From Balneolaceae bacterium (GTDB taxonomy: Bacteria > Bacteroidota > Rhodothermia > Balneolales > Balneolaceae): a stretch of DNA of 64,000 nucleotides. The stretch's first letter is position 1. Each line of letters opens with the position of its first letter. Made by a program: the position numbers and the translations under genes. Positions 30,018 to 39,457 of this stretch are shown piece by piece. The stretch spans positions 4,662 through 68,661 of the forward strand of contig JBLRWS010000002.1 in NCBI GenBank assembly GCA_047921075.1, written 5' to 3'. The notes beneath the pieces were generated by a model. It searched no databases, was not told the origin of the DNA, and saw nothing but the letters and a program-made list of their open reading frames with translations.

Positions 30018-30263
30018 ATGGCACGAAAGGACGATATTACTGGAAAAGCCGCACTGAACGGGTATCGGTCATCCAAAGCGAATAACAAAACGAAGCATAA
30101 GTTTCAGCTGAATCTTCAGAAACGACGATTTTTCATTCCTGAAGAGGATCGATGGGTAACACTGAAAGTATCAGCCAAAACGCTGCGAACCATCAATAAG
30201 AAGGGGATCACCGCGGTTTTGAAGGATGCTCGTAAAAAAGGCACACTGCTAAAAGAGGTTTAG
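30018..30263 (+). CDS. rpmB: 50S ribosomal protein L28
   Basis: Translation reads [39 protein letters not shown]...[18 protein letters not shown]. The internal ATG at 30018 was used. Confidence 0.92.
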   Translation: MARKDDITGKAALNGYRSSKANNKTKHKFQLNLQKRRFFIPEEDRWVTLKVSAKTLRTINKKGITAVLKDARKKGTLLKEV

Positions 30264-30267
30264 GACA

Positions 30268-30432
30268 ATGGCAAAAGGCAATAGAATACAAGTAATTCTT
30301 GAGTGCACGGAAAAGCCGGGAAGCTCGCGGTATGTTACCACCAAGAATCGACGAAACACCACCGAGAGAATTGAACTAAAGAAGTACAATCCGGTTCTCA
30401 GAAAGCACACCACCCACAAAGAAATTAAGTAA
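30268..30432 (+). CDS. rpmG: 50S ribosomal protein L33
   Basis: This 54 aa ORF is below the track cut-off. It reads [54 protein letters not shown] and lies immediately after rpmB. Confidence 0.9.
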   Translation: MAKGNRIQVILECTEKPGSSRYVTTKNRRNTTERIELKKYNPVLRKHTTHKEIK

Positions 30433-30440
30433 CCAGAACC

Positions 30441-30611
30441 ATGGCTAAGAAACAGGCATTCGGCGAAGAAGCTGCTGCACTTAAAGCAGCGCAGCGAAAG
30501 ATGGCAAAGGTGATTATCTCACAAAAAAACGCCCGCGGAAAGTATGCGTTTAAAGAGACGATGATCGATCAGGATAGCGTTAAAGATTTTATTCAAAAAA
30601 ATAAAGCCTGA
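30441..30611 (+). CDS. DUF4295-family small protein (conserved partner of rpmB-rpmG in Bacteroidota)
   Basis: This 56 aa ORF is below the track cut-off. It reads MAKKQAFGEEAAALKAAQRKMAKVIISQKNARGKYAFKETMIDQDSVKDFIQKNKA. Position and the KDF tail match the DUF4295 pattern as I recall it. Confidence 0.7.
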   Translation: MAKKQAFGEEAAALKAAQRKMAKVIISQKNARGKYAFKETMIDQDSVKDFIQKNKA

Positions 30612-30635
30612 TTTTTTTGCAAGGTGAGATTTTAA

Positions 30636-30676
30636 GGTTGCATTCCGAAACCACTCGGGATGGAACCTTTTTTTTT
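30636..30676 (+). terminator. Rho-independent terminator of the rpmB-rpmG-DUF4295 operon
   Basis: The 13-bp stem GGTTGCATTCCGA / TCGGGATGGAACC has one mismatch and one G-U pair. The loop is AACCAC, followed by T9. Confidence 0.85.
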
Positions 30677-30719
30677 GCGTACATTTTTTGGTGACCATCA
30701 ATCGATAAATACAACAACC

Positions 30720-31175
30720 ATGAGCATTAAAAACCGCATTTTTGACGATTTAAAAGCTGCCATGAAACAGAGAGAGGCCGATCGGCTGCGGGTACTGCGA
30801 TCTCTGAAGTCGAAAATGATGGAAAAAGAGATCGAAACGCGTCAGGGTGGAGAGGGAGATTTAACGGACGAGATGGCTGTAGAAGTGCTGATGAAAGCAG
30901 CCAAACAGCGGAAAGAGTCTATCGATCAGTTTGAACAGGGTGGCCGCAACGATTTAGCCGAAAAAGAAAAAGCGGAATTAGTCATTATCGAAGAGTTTTT
31001 GCCCGCCATGCTCTCCGAAGAGGAGATCCGAGCCGAAGTAAAAGCCCATATTGAAAAAACCGGCGCTTCCGGAATGCAGGACATGGGCCGGGTGATGGGC
31101 GCCATGATGGGGAAGCTGAAGGGGAGTGCAGACGGGTCGGTGGTAAGCAAGGTAGTGAAAGAAGAACTATCGTAA
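30720..31175 (+). CDS. GatB/YqeY domain-containing protein
   Basis: Translation reads MSIKNRIFDDLKAAMKQREADRLRVLRSLKS...EKAELVIIEEFLP...MGRVMGAMMGKLKGSADGS. This is the typical YqeY pattern. Confidence 0.85.
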   Translation: MSIKNRIFDDLKAAMKQREADRLRVLRSLKSKMMEKEIETRQGGEGDLTDEMAVEVLMKAAKQRKESIDQFEQGGRNDLAEKEKAELVIIEEFLPAMLSEEEIRAEVKAHIEKTGASGMQDMGRVMGAMMGKLKGSADGSVVSKVVKEELS

Positions 31176-31182
31176 CCGGCGC

Positions 31183-31737
31183 ATGAACCTGTTAGATGTC
31201 GCGATTCTGTTTCCAATCGGCTACTTCGCATATCGCGGGTTCGCCAACGGACTGATTCACGAAGTTCTGGGAATTGTCGGCATCGTATTAGCCGTATATC
31301 TTACCTTCGAATATATGAAGCCGGTGTCGGCGCTGTTTGGCGCTGTATTCGAAAACCCCGATCATGCAACAATGGCTGCCGGGCTCATCCTTTTTATTGG
31401 CGTTATCGCTATTGTACAGGGCGTGGCACATGCGATGAAAAAGGGGCTGCAGATCATTAAACTGAACAGTATTAATCGAATTGCCGGGCTCTGTTTTGGC
31501 GGGCTGAAGGCGGCCGTGGTGGTAAGTGCTTTATTGCTTCTTCTTACAGGCCTCAACCTGCCGGGCAAGGAGACCAGAGATCGATCGGTTACATACCCGA
31601 TTGTGTTGCAAGCTGCGCCGGCGGCCTTTAATGTACTGGCAATTGCGGTGCCCGGAAGCGAATCTTTTGTAGAAACGGTTGCTGAAGCGATCGATGAGAA
31701 CAATCCATTACGAACATTACCTCTTTTCAATGAGTAA
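31183..31737 (+). CDS. cvpA: CvpA-family membrane protein
   Basis: The 184 aa product has four predicted TM segments. The N-terminus is MNLLDVAILFPIGYFAYRGFANGLIHEVLGIVGIV. Confidence 0.75.
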   Translation: MNLLDVAILFPIGYFAYRGFANGLIHEVLGIVGIVLAVYLTFEYMKPVSALFGAVFENPDHATMAAGLILFIGVIAIVQGVAHAMKKGLQIIKLNSINRIAGLCFGGLKAAVVVSALLLLLTGLNLPGKETRDRSVTYPIVLQAAPAAFNVLAIAVPGSESFVETVAEAIDENNPLRTLPLFNE

Positions 31738-32956
31738 AAAGAACCGATTTGCACCTGTAGACGAACAACTGAGCATTATTCGGCGAGGCACAGTGGAAAT
31801 TTTGCCGGAAGAAGAGCTGATCGAAAAGCTCAAAACATCGCGGGATACCAATAAACCGCTTCGGATTAAACTTGGTTGCGACCCCACAAGGCCCGATTTG
31901 CACCTGGGCCACTCGGTCATCCTGCGTAAAATGAGACAGTTTCAGGATTTGGGCCATCACGTGATTCTGATTATCGGCGATTTTACCGCGCTGATCGGAG
32001 ATCCTACCGGACAAAACAAGACGCGTCCATCGCTTACGCCCGAAGAGATTAAAGAAAATGCACAGACCTATCTCGATCAGGCGGGTAAAATATTGGATCG
32101 CGAGAAAGCCGAAATCGTCTACAACTCCGACTGGCTCGGGCCGCTTCGCTTTTCGGATGTGATATCGTTAAGCTCGCAACTGACGGTTGCCCGGATGATT
32201 GAGCGCGACGACTTTTCGAATCGGTTTGAAAATCATGAACCCATTTCTCTTCACGAGTTTCTGTACCCGTTGGCGCAAGGGCAGGATTCTGTGCATTTGG
32301 AGTCGGACGTGGAGCTGGGAGGGACCGATCAAAAATTTAACCTCCTGGTTGGCCGCGATCTGCAGCGCAACGCCGGGCTCAGCCAGCAGGTCTGTCTAAT
32401 GATGCCGCTGTTGGTGGGAACCGACGGATCGCGAAAAATGAGCAAATCATACGATAACTACATCGGTATTGATGAGTCGGCCAATGAGATGTACGGTAAA
32501 GTGTTATCTATTCCGGACGACGTAATGTACACCTATTACGAACTGGTGACGGATATTCCCACTGACGAACTGCCCAACATCCGTAAGCAGATCGAATCTG
32601 ACCCGAGAAATGCCAAGCACCATCTCGCCTATACCATTACGCGCATGTATCACGGGGAAGAGGGAGCCGGTGATGCGCGGAAGCACTTTGAGCAAACGGT
32701 TATCAAGAAAGAGGTCCCGGATGATGCGCCGGTTGTTGAGCTTTCTGCCGGCGAAGCGCACCGCTTGCTGGACATCATCTCGCAGGCCGGCTTAACGCAG
32801 AGCAACGGCGAGACCAAACGCATGATGAAACAGGGAGGCGTAAGCCTGAACGATGAGAAGATTGAAGAGATCGGGCATGAAGTGACGCTGGAGAAGGGAG
32901 AAGAGCTCGAACTAAAAGTAGGCAAGCGCAAGTACGCCCGTATTGTGGGGGTGTGA
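31730..32956 (+). CDS. tyrS: Tyrosine--tRNA ligase
   Basis: GCDPTRPDLHLGHSV is the HIGH motif and KMSKS is present. The C-terminus is S4-like (GLTQSNGETKRMMKQGGVSLN). The ATG at 31730 overlaps the cvpA end. Confidence 0.93.
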   Translation: MSKKNRFAPVDEQLSIIRRGTVEILPEEELIEKLKTSRDTNKPLRIKLGCDPTRPDLHLGHSVILRKMRQFQDLGHHVILIIGDFTALIGDPTGQNKTRPSLTPEEIKENAQTYLDQAGKILDREKAEIVYNSDWLGPLRFSDVISLSSQLTVARMIERDDFSNRFENHEPISLHEFLYPLAQGQDSVHLESDVELGGTDQKFNLLVGRDLQRNAGLSQQVCLMMPLLVGTDGSRKMSKSYDNYIGIDESANEMYGKVLSIPDDVMYTYYELVTDIPTDELPNIRKQIESDPRNAKHHLAYTITRMYHGEEGAGDARKHFEQTVIKKEVPDDAPVVELSAGEAHRLLDIISQAGLTQSNGETKRMMKQGGVSLNDEKIEEIGHEVTLEKGEELELKVGKRKYARIVGV

Positions 32957-33026
32957 GCAGTGTATCTGCCATTTTACTATATTGGCCTGTTAGGGATACC
33001 AATAGGCAGATGACCGAGCATATTCT

Positions 33027-33485
33027 ATGGGAACACACTTTGAGGGTACCGAGTCCGAAATAAACACATTAAATGCGTTCATTACGCTGCTACGAGCGAG
33101 TGAATCGATCAACAACCGCCTGAACCGGCACCTTGCAGAGGCAGGGTTGACCGTAAGCCAGTTTGGTGTGCTCGAATCGATCTATCATCTCGGTCCGCTA
33201 AACCAACGGGCAATCGGTGAGAAGCTGCTGAAAAGCGGCGGAAACATCACAATGGTGATCGATAATCTCGAAAAATCGGGATATGTAACGCGCGAAACCG
33301 ACCCGAAAGACCGCCGGGCCGTGCTGATTCACCTCACCAAAAAGGGGAAAAAAATGATCGCCGCCTTTTTTCCGAAGCACCTGAAGAGAATCAAAAATGA
33401 ATTTGATGTGCTCACCGAAGAAGAGAAAAAAACACTGGCTGAACTCTGTAAAAAAATTGGGCTCGGAAAAGAGAGCAATCTGTAA
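33027..33485 (+). CDS. MarR-family transcriptional regulator
   Basis: The 152 aa product has LTVSQFGVLESIYHLGPLNQRAIGEKLLKSGGNITMVIDNLEKSGYVTRETDPKDRR, a winged HTH. Confidence 0.85.
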   Translation: MGTHFEGTESEINTLNAFITLLRASESINNRLNRHLAEAGLTVSQFGVLESIYHLGPLNQRAIGEKLLKSGGNITMVIDNLEKSGYVTRETDPKDRRAVLIHLTKKGKKMIAAFFPKHLKRIKNEFDVLTEEEKKTLAELCKKIGLGKESNL

Positions 33486-33515
33486 GTTTTTTCCAGTTTA
33501 GGGTTCTTACTATAT

Positions 33516-35930
33516 GTGAGGGCCAATTCATCATATCGTTTTCCGTTTGCCGCTTACCCTGCGCTGCGAATCGCACTCCTTTTTGCAACGGGAATTATCG
33601 CTGCTCACCTTCTCTCCTTTACTATTGAATGGCAATCGGCACTCCTGCTGTATGCCTCCATCAGTGTGCTCTGGATAATGAGCGAATGGCTTGCAAAACG
33701 GAAGGTTCGTATTGGCAATACGGCCATGGCAACCGGTTGTTATGCATTGTTGATCATCATGAGCGGGGCCACCGCGTACAGTATGGCTGTCAAACAGAGT
33801 GAGGGTGTGCAGGTGGTGCAGGAAAAGCTAACGCCCTGGGCATGGGAAGAGGTAGCGGTAGTGGGAACCATCCGGGAAGCGGGCAGAACACAGTCTGCGC
33901 GCGATGTGCAGGTGTTGCAGGTAACAGGCGTGGAGCTGGAGCCGAATGTGTGGTGGAGGACCCCCTTCCTGATGCGGGTATATGGTGATGAGGAGGTGGC
34001 GGTGGGTTCGGCGGTTGAAGGGGTGATTCGCCTCTATGCCTTCCCGGAAGTGCGGAATCCACATGAATTTGATTACGGGCGGTGGCTACTTCATAAAGGT
34101 ATAGCGGCACACGGGGAGTGGAAGTCACTAAATAGTGAGGAGAGTCAGGGTTTTACATCAGCCTTTCGGCAGTTGCGCCAGGCGATGAACGGGCAGATGG
34201 ATGCGCTATTCAACGACTCATCGGCGCCCCTCGCCAAAGCCCTTTTTTTAGGCTACAAAGATGACCTTACCCCCGAAGAGCGGCAACAATTTTCCCGGGC
34301 CGGCTTGGCGCATATCATGGCGGTATCGGGGTTGCATGTCGGCTTTATTGTGGCGCCGTTTTGGCTGCTGATTCCTTATTTCTGGCAAAATAAACGAAAG
34401 AAATGGATGGGCCTGCTGCTGCTCACACTGCTGCTGATTGGCTATGCCGGGGTAACCGGATTCAGCGCTTCCGTAAGCCGTGCTTCGGTAATGGCGTGGC
34501 TGCTTACATATGGAAAGCTTTTTCATAAAGTTCGGTTCTCGATGAACATGCTGGCTGTAGCTGCACTTATTCTTCTATTGATCTCTCCAGGGCAGCTGTT
34601 TGATGTAGGATTTCAGTTATCTTTTGCGGCTGTTGCCGTCATCATGCTCACCATGCCGGAGGCGCAGCGGCTCATTCCCCAACGGATTCGGTTCAAAAAA
34701 AGCGGCGCAGTGCTCACTATTATCCTTATCTCGGCGGTGGTACAGGTGGGGCTGTTTCCGATACTCGTGGCGTACTTCGGCGAATTTTCTGTGGCCGGGC
34801 CGATAGCCAATCTTTTTGTGGTGCCGCTATTGGGCCTGTTGATACCGGTGGGAATCGCCCTGGTTCTTCTGAGCTTTTGGTTTCCGGATCTGGCAGGGTG
34901 GGTGGCACTGCCATTGGATATGACCATACAGTGGATTGGTTCGGTGGCGGCGTGGTTTGGCGGATCCGAAGCGAGTTACTGGTCCATTAATTTACCAAGT
35001 CCGTTTCTGTTTGTGTTTTGGGTTGGCGTGGTGCTGCTTGTTGCCTCCATCCGGCTGCCGCCCTTGCGCTGGAAAATGGTGATTGCGGTGTTGGTATCCG
35101 CCCATCTGGTTATTGCTGATCGGGCCGTTCGGCAAACAGAATCCGGGCAGCTCACCGTAACATTACTGGATGTGGGACAGGGGGATGCCATTCATATCGA
35201 AACACCCAACGGAAATCATATTCTGATTGATGCCGGCCGATGGAGTCCCGGTTACAATTCCGGTGATCGCGTACTGCTGCCTTATTTTGAGTACAAAGGG
35301 ATTCATACGTTGGACGCTGTAATCCTAACTCATCCGCATGCCGATCACATGGGCGGACTTCCCACCCTGGTTGAAGAGATGCAGATCCGTACCATTTACC
35401 AGAACGGGACTCCGTACAACTCGGAGCTATACCGCAATACCATGGCGCGTATTGATGAGAAAAGGGTAGAGGTGGTGCCGGTAGATGCGGGTACCATCAT
35501 AGAAACAGACCCTGCAGTTCGCCTTTTTGTGATGGGGCCCGAGGCAGCGGGTGTAAGCAGCCGGAATGTGAATAACCAGTCGGTGGTGGTTCGGTTGCAA
35601 TATGGAGAGACCTCTTTTCTGTTTACCGGTGATGCAGAAGAGGAGCAGGAGCGCGAATTGATGAAGCGGTACGGCGATTTTTTAGATGTCGACTTTCTAA
35701 AGATCGGCCATCACGGCAGCCGTACAAGTACCACAAAGCCATTTGCTGAGACAGTCCGTCCCCGGTGGGCGGCCGCGTCATTAGCTTATCACAACCGATT
35801 CAGCCATCCCAATCGGGAGCCGATCACGCATTTAGCGGCCCTGGAGACCACGGTCTCTTTTACCAGTCTGGAAGGGGCCCTCATGTATCGTTCAGACGGA
35901 AAAAACATAACTCCGATTGATTGGAAATAA
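33516..35930 (+). CDS. comEC: DNA internalization-related competence protein ComEC/Rec2 with a C-terminal metallo-beta-lactamase domain
   Basis: The 804 aa product has GLAHIMAVSGLHVG (competence domain) within a polytopic core. The MBL motifs are LDVGQGDA...THPHADHMGG...GHHGS. GTG start per the ORF track. Confidence 0.88.
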   Translation: MRANSSYRFPFAAYPALRIALLFATGIIAAHLLSFTIEWQSALLLYASISVLWIMSEWLAKRKVRIGNTAMATGCYALLIIMSGATAYSMAVKQSEGVQVVQEKLTPWAWEEVAVVGTIREAGRTQSARDVQVLQVTGVELEPNVWWRTPFLMRVYGDEEVAVGSAVEGVIRLYAFPEVRNPHEFDYGRWLLHKGIAAHGEWKSLNSEESQGFTSAFRQLRQAMNGQMDALFNDSSAPLAKALFLGYKDDLTPEERQQFSRAGLAHIMAVSGLHVGFIVAPFWLLIPYFWQNKRKKWMGLLLLTLLLIGYAGVTGFSASVSRASVMAWLLTYGKLFHKVRFSMNMLAVAALILLLISPGQLFDVGFQLSFAAVAVIMLTMPEAQRLIPQRIRFKKSGAVLTIILISAVVQVGLFPILVAYFGEFSVAGPIANLFVVPLLGLLIPVGIALVLLSFWFPDLAGWVALPLDMTIQWIGSVAAWFGGSEASYWSINLPSPFLFVFWVGVVLLVASIRLPPLRWKMVIAVLVSAHLVIADRAVRQTESGQLTVTLLDVGQGDAIHIETPNGNHILIDAGRWSPGYNSGDRVLLPYFEYKGIHTLDAVILTHPHADHMGGLPTLVEEMQIRTIYQNGTPYNSELYRNTMARIDEKRVEVVPVDAGTIIETDPAVRLFVMGPEAAGVSSRNVNNQSVVVRLQYGETSFLFTGDAEEEQERELMKRYGDFLDVDFLKIGHHGSRTSTTKPFAETVRPRWAAASLAYHNRFSHPNREPITHLAALETTVSFTSLEGALMYRSDGKNITPIDWK

Positions 35931-35994
35931 GCATTGGTTGATGCAATCGCTTCATTGGCGTACCTTACCTTCTTTTCGACCCAACCAAAAAATT

Positions 35995-36198
35995 ATGTCA
36001 ACAGAGGAACGCCCGAGCTTTGAAGAAGCTTTAAAGAAGCTGGAACTCATCGTACAACAGCTTGATAATGAGGAGAGTACCCTCGAAGAATCGATCCGTC
36101 TGTACGAAGAGGGCCTCGAACTTTCGAAACAGTGCAGCGATACGCTGGAACAAGCATCGCTCAAAATCGAAAAGATCGAACGAAAGAAATCCGATTAA
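35995..36198 (+). CDS. xseB: Exodeoxyribonuclease VII small subunit
   Basis: Translation reads MSTEERPSFEEALKKLELIVQQLDNEESTLEESIRLYEEGLELSKQC. The internal ATG at 35995 was used. Confidence 0.88.
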   Translation: MSTEERPSFEEALKKLELIVQQLDNEESTLEESIRLYEEGLELSKQCSDTLEQASLKIEKIERKKSD

Positions 36199-36210
36199 AC
36201 ACGTTCCTTT

Positions 36211-38133
36211 ATGGATCCTTACAAAGCATCACCGGGCCCCCTGTTATCCGCCATTAATACGCCGACTGACCTTAAAAAGTTAGAGCCGGAACAGCTGCAA
36301 GAGCTGTGCGATGAATTGAGAGCGTACATCATCGATACGGTATCTGTACACGGCGGGCATTTTGGAGCCAGCCTGGGTGTGGTAGAATTGACGGTAGCCC
36401 TTCACTATGTGTACAACACACCCAGCGACAAGCTCATTTGGGATGTAGGCCATCAGGCATACGGCCATAAAATACTGACGGGCCGGCGCGATCAATTCCA
36501 CACCAACCGGAAGCACCAAGGATTATCGGGCTTTCCCAAGCGATCGGAAAGTGAGTACGACGCTTTTGGCGTGGGGCACTCAAGTACATCCATCTCAGCA
36601 GGATTGGGTATGGCGATCGCCCGGGACCTCGATCAATCGGATAAAAAAATTGTATCGGTTATTGGCGACGGCGCTATGACAGGCGGTATGGCGTTTGAGG
36701 CGATGAACAATGCCGGCGCGCTAAAATCGAACATGCTGGTGGTACTGAACGACAACAACATGTCGATCGACCCGAATGTGGGCGCGCTAAAAGAGTACTT
36801 GGCTGAAATAACGACCACCAAAACCTTTAACAAGATGCGCGATGAGATTTACGATCTACTCGGGCGGTTAAAGGGAGCCGGTGAAGCCGCACGAAAAGTA
36901 GCATCCAAACTGGAGCGTGCGGCAACAGCGGCGATCACACCCGGGGCGCTATTTCAAGCACTTGGATTTAAATATTATGGCCCGGTAGACGGCCACAATG
37001 TAGATGCGCTGCGGCGCCATTTGGAAGATCTTCGGGAGGTGTCTGGCCCAAAACTGCTGCACATTGTAACCGTGAAAGGAAAAGGGTTTGCCCCGGCCGA
37101 ACGGGAGCAAACCAAATGGCACGCGCAAAGCAGTCCGTTTGATAAGATAACCGGGAAATCGCTGGTGCCGCCATCAAACGGTAAAAAGCCAGCACCGAAA
37201 TATCAGGATGTATTTGGAGAGGCACTTGTTGAACTGGCCGCTAATAATGAAGATATCGTGGCGATCACACCCGCCATGCCGAGCGGTTCCAGCCTCTGGC
37301 CGATGATGAACACATTCCCCGAACGATCGTTTGATGTGGGCATTGCCGAACAGCACGCCGTGACGTTTGCAGCGGGACTGGCAGCCGAGGGTAAAAAGGC
37401 ATTTGCCGCTCTCTATTCTACATTTTTACAGCGGGCCTACGATCAGATAATACATGATGTGGCCATACAAAAACTGGCCGTTGTGTTTTGTATTGATCGT
37501 GCCGGATTGGTTGGCGCTGACGGGCCTACCCATCACGGACTTTACGATGTATCCTATCTTCGGGCGGTTCCGAACATGATTGTATCGTCGCCGATGAACG
37601 AGCAGGAGCTGCGCGATATGATGTACACCGCATCACTCACCAACGATGCAGCCTGGGCCATTCGATATCCCCGGGGCCGATCAACGGGAATGGTACTGCG
37701 CGACGGTTTTGAAAAAACAGAGATTGGCAAAGGGCGGATGTTGCGTGATGGTGACAAAACCGCGGTTCTCAGCTTTGGTCCAATCGGTAATTATGTAACG
37801 GAAGCGGCCGACCTACTTGCCGCGGAAGGAATAGAGATCGGACACGCCGATATGCGCTACGCCAAACCGCTCGATACCGATTTGCTGGATGAGATGTTGT
37901 TATCGTACCGCTCGATTATCACTATAGAAGATGGAACAAAACTTGGTGGTTTCGGGTCGGCCGTGGCTGAATATGTGGCCTCAAAGGGTGCCGGTGTTCC
38001 GGTAACGATCATGGGTGTGCCGGATCAAATTGTAGAGCACGGAACACAGCGCGAACTACATGATGATGTTGGGATTGGCCCGGATGGAATTGTAGAGCAG
38101 GTGAAGAAGTTGCTGGACGTTGCTGTTTCCTGA
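36211..38133 (+). CDS. dxs: 1-deoxy-D-xylulose-5-phosphate synthase
   Basis: The 640 aa product has GGHFGASLGVVELTVALH...WDVGHQAYGHKILTGR...GDGAMTGGMAFEA...DVGIAEQHAVTFAAGLA. Confidence 0.96.
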   Translation: MDPYKASPGPLLSAINTPTDLKKLEPEQLQELCDELRAYIIDTVSVHGGHFGASLGVVELTVALHYVYNTPSDKLIWDVGHQAYGHKILTGRRDQFHTNRKHQGLSGFPKRSESEYDAFGVGHSSTSISAGLGMAIARDLDQSDKKIVSVIGDGAMTGGMAFEAMNNAGALKSNMLVVLNDNNMSIDPNVGALKEYLAEITTTKTFNKMRDEIYDLLGRLKGAGEAARKVASKLERAATAAITPGALFQALGFKYYGPVDGHNVDALRRHLEDLREVSGPKLLHIVTVKGKGFAPAEREQTKWHAQSSPFDKITGKSLVPPSNGKKPAPKYQDVFGEALVELAANNEDIVAITPAMPSGSSLWPMMNTFPERSFDVGIAEQHAVTFAAGLAAEGKKAFAALYSTFLQRAYDQIIHDVAIQKLAVVFCIDRAGLVGADGPTHHGLYDVSYLRAVPNMIVSSPMNEQELRDMMYTASLTNDAAWAIRYPRGRSTGMVLRDGFEKTEIGKGRMLRDGDKTAVLSFGPIGNYVTEAADLLAAEGIEIGHADMRYAKPLDTDLLDEMLLSYRSIITIEDGTKLGGFGSAVAEYVASKGAGVPVTIMGVPDQIVEHGTQRELHDDVGIGPDGIVEQVKKLLDVAVS

Positions 38134-38418
38134 CCGATAGAAACTCCGGTTTTTAAAAAAGCAGAATGACATCTTCCCATTGGAAAAATGACCAAGGCGA
38201 GCTCTTGTGGTTTTGCGTAGAAAAAAATTCGTTACTTTGAGACTCTCCCTGAGTGAAGCCTCCGCAGCCACTCTTGAAATAATACTCTGCTACAAATCTA
38301 AACGGCCCTGCGAGAATCCAACATAGCCGGTTTAAGTCTGCTTCAGTCAGCCCCGGTTTCACTAAAAAAGCTCAAAGTTTCTCGAAATTACCCGTACATT
38401 TTTACTTGGACTGCGGCT

Positions 38419-39447
38419 ATGATTAAAAACAGACAGAAATTTACAGTGCCATTTACTTTAAAAGACTTCGACTACCATCTACCCGAAGAACTGATTGCCC
38501 AGCAGCCGGCCACCCCGCGCGACCACTCACGCCTGCTGGTGTATCGCCGAAGTGACGGCACCATTATTGACGATTATTTCTATAACATCGGCAACCACTT
38601 ACCGCCTGGAACCTCCCTCGTGGTCAATAACAGTAAAGTAGAGAAGTGCCGCCTGCTGTTTAATAGCGGAAAGATTGAAATTTTTGTCACCAAAGCGGTG
38701 AACGACAAAACCGTGGAGGCGATGGTGCGCCCCGGTAAAAAATTTAAGCCGGGAAAAACCGCAGAGCTGCCCGGCGGTATTTCAGCCAAAACGGTGGCGG
38801 TTGCCGACGATGGAATCCGGACGATTGAGCTGTCGCATTCGCTGGATGACCCGGCGCTGGAGCCGTATAAGCATACTCCCTTTCCGCCGTACATCGAAAG
38901 GGACGAGTCGCTCGCGGATCGGTATCAAACCGTGTTTGCCAAAGATGAGGGAAGCAAGGCGGCACCAACCGCAGGCCTTCACTTTACCCCGCAGCTACTT
39001 GAAAAACTGCAAAAGCAGGGGGTTGAGAAGAAAGAGGTAACGCTGCATGTGGGGCTGGGTACGTTCGCGCCGGTTAAGACTGAAAAAATCGAGGAGCATG
39101 TGATGCACAGTGAGTGGTATCGCGTGTCGGAAAAGCAGGCTGAGGCGCTGAACCGGTCAAAAAGCATTACGGCAGTTGGAACCACGAGCGTACGGGTGCT
39201 GGAGTCGCTGCCGAAAAGAGACGGGAAATTTATTGCGGGCTCCGGTGAAACCGATATTTTTATCACGCCGGGTTATGAATTTAACTCCGTGGATCATCTG
39301 ATCACCAACTTTCATCTGCCCAAAAGCACTCTTCTTATGCTGGTAGCCGCGTTTATCGGGTTTGATGAAACGCATCGCCTCTATGCACATGCCATTAAAG
39401 AACGCTACCGTTTCTACTCATTTGGGGATGCGATGCTGCTGTTGTAG
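38419..39447 (+). CDS. queA: S-adenosylmethionine:tRNA ribosyltransferase-isomerase
   Basis: The 342 aa product has FDYHLPEELIAQQPATPRDHSRLLV...GSKAAPTAGLHFT...LHVGLGTF.PV...VGTTSVR.LES...TNFHLPKSTLLMLV. Confidence 0.95.
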   Translation: MIKNRQKFTVPFTLKDFDYHLPEELIAQQPATPRDHSRLLVYRRSDGTIIDDYFYNIGNHLPPGTSLVVNNSKVEKCRLLFNSGKIEIFVTKAVNDKTVEAMVRPGKKFKPGKTAELPGGISAKTVAVADDGIRTIELSHSLDDPALEPYKHTPFPPYIERDESLADRYQTVFAKDEGSKAAPTAGLHFTPQLLEKLQKQGVEKKEVTLHVGLGTFAPVKTEKIEEHVMHSEWYRVSEKQAEALNRSKSITAVGTTSVRVLESLPKRDGKFIAGSGETDIFITPGYEFNSVDHLITNFHLPKSTLLMLVAAFIGFDETHRLYAHAIKERYRFYSFGDAMLLL

Positions 39448-39457
39448 CGATGGGCCG

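Noticed and set aside
33790-34128. A 112 aa Pro-rich minus-strand ORF inside comEC.
   Set aside because: It lies opposite the well-supported ComEC frame. The proline richness reflects GG-rich codons on the coding strand.
38230-38362. A tmRNA-like 5' end (GGGGCTGACTGAAGC on the minus strand), and the minus-strand ORFs 38056-38271 and 38153-38362 in the dxs/queA spacer.
   Set aside because: There is no tRNA-like T arm (GGTTCGAATCC-type), acceptor 3' end, tag reading frame or pseudoknot region. The locus is also too short for tmRNA. The ORFs partly overlap the dxs 3' end and have no motifs.
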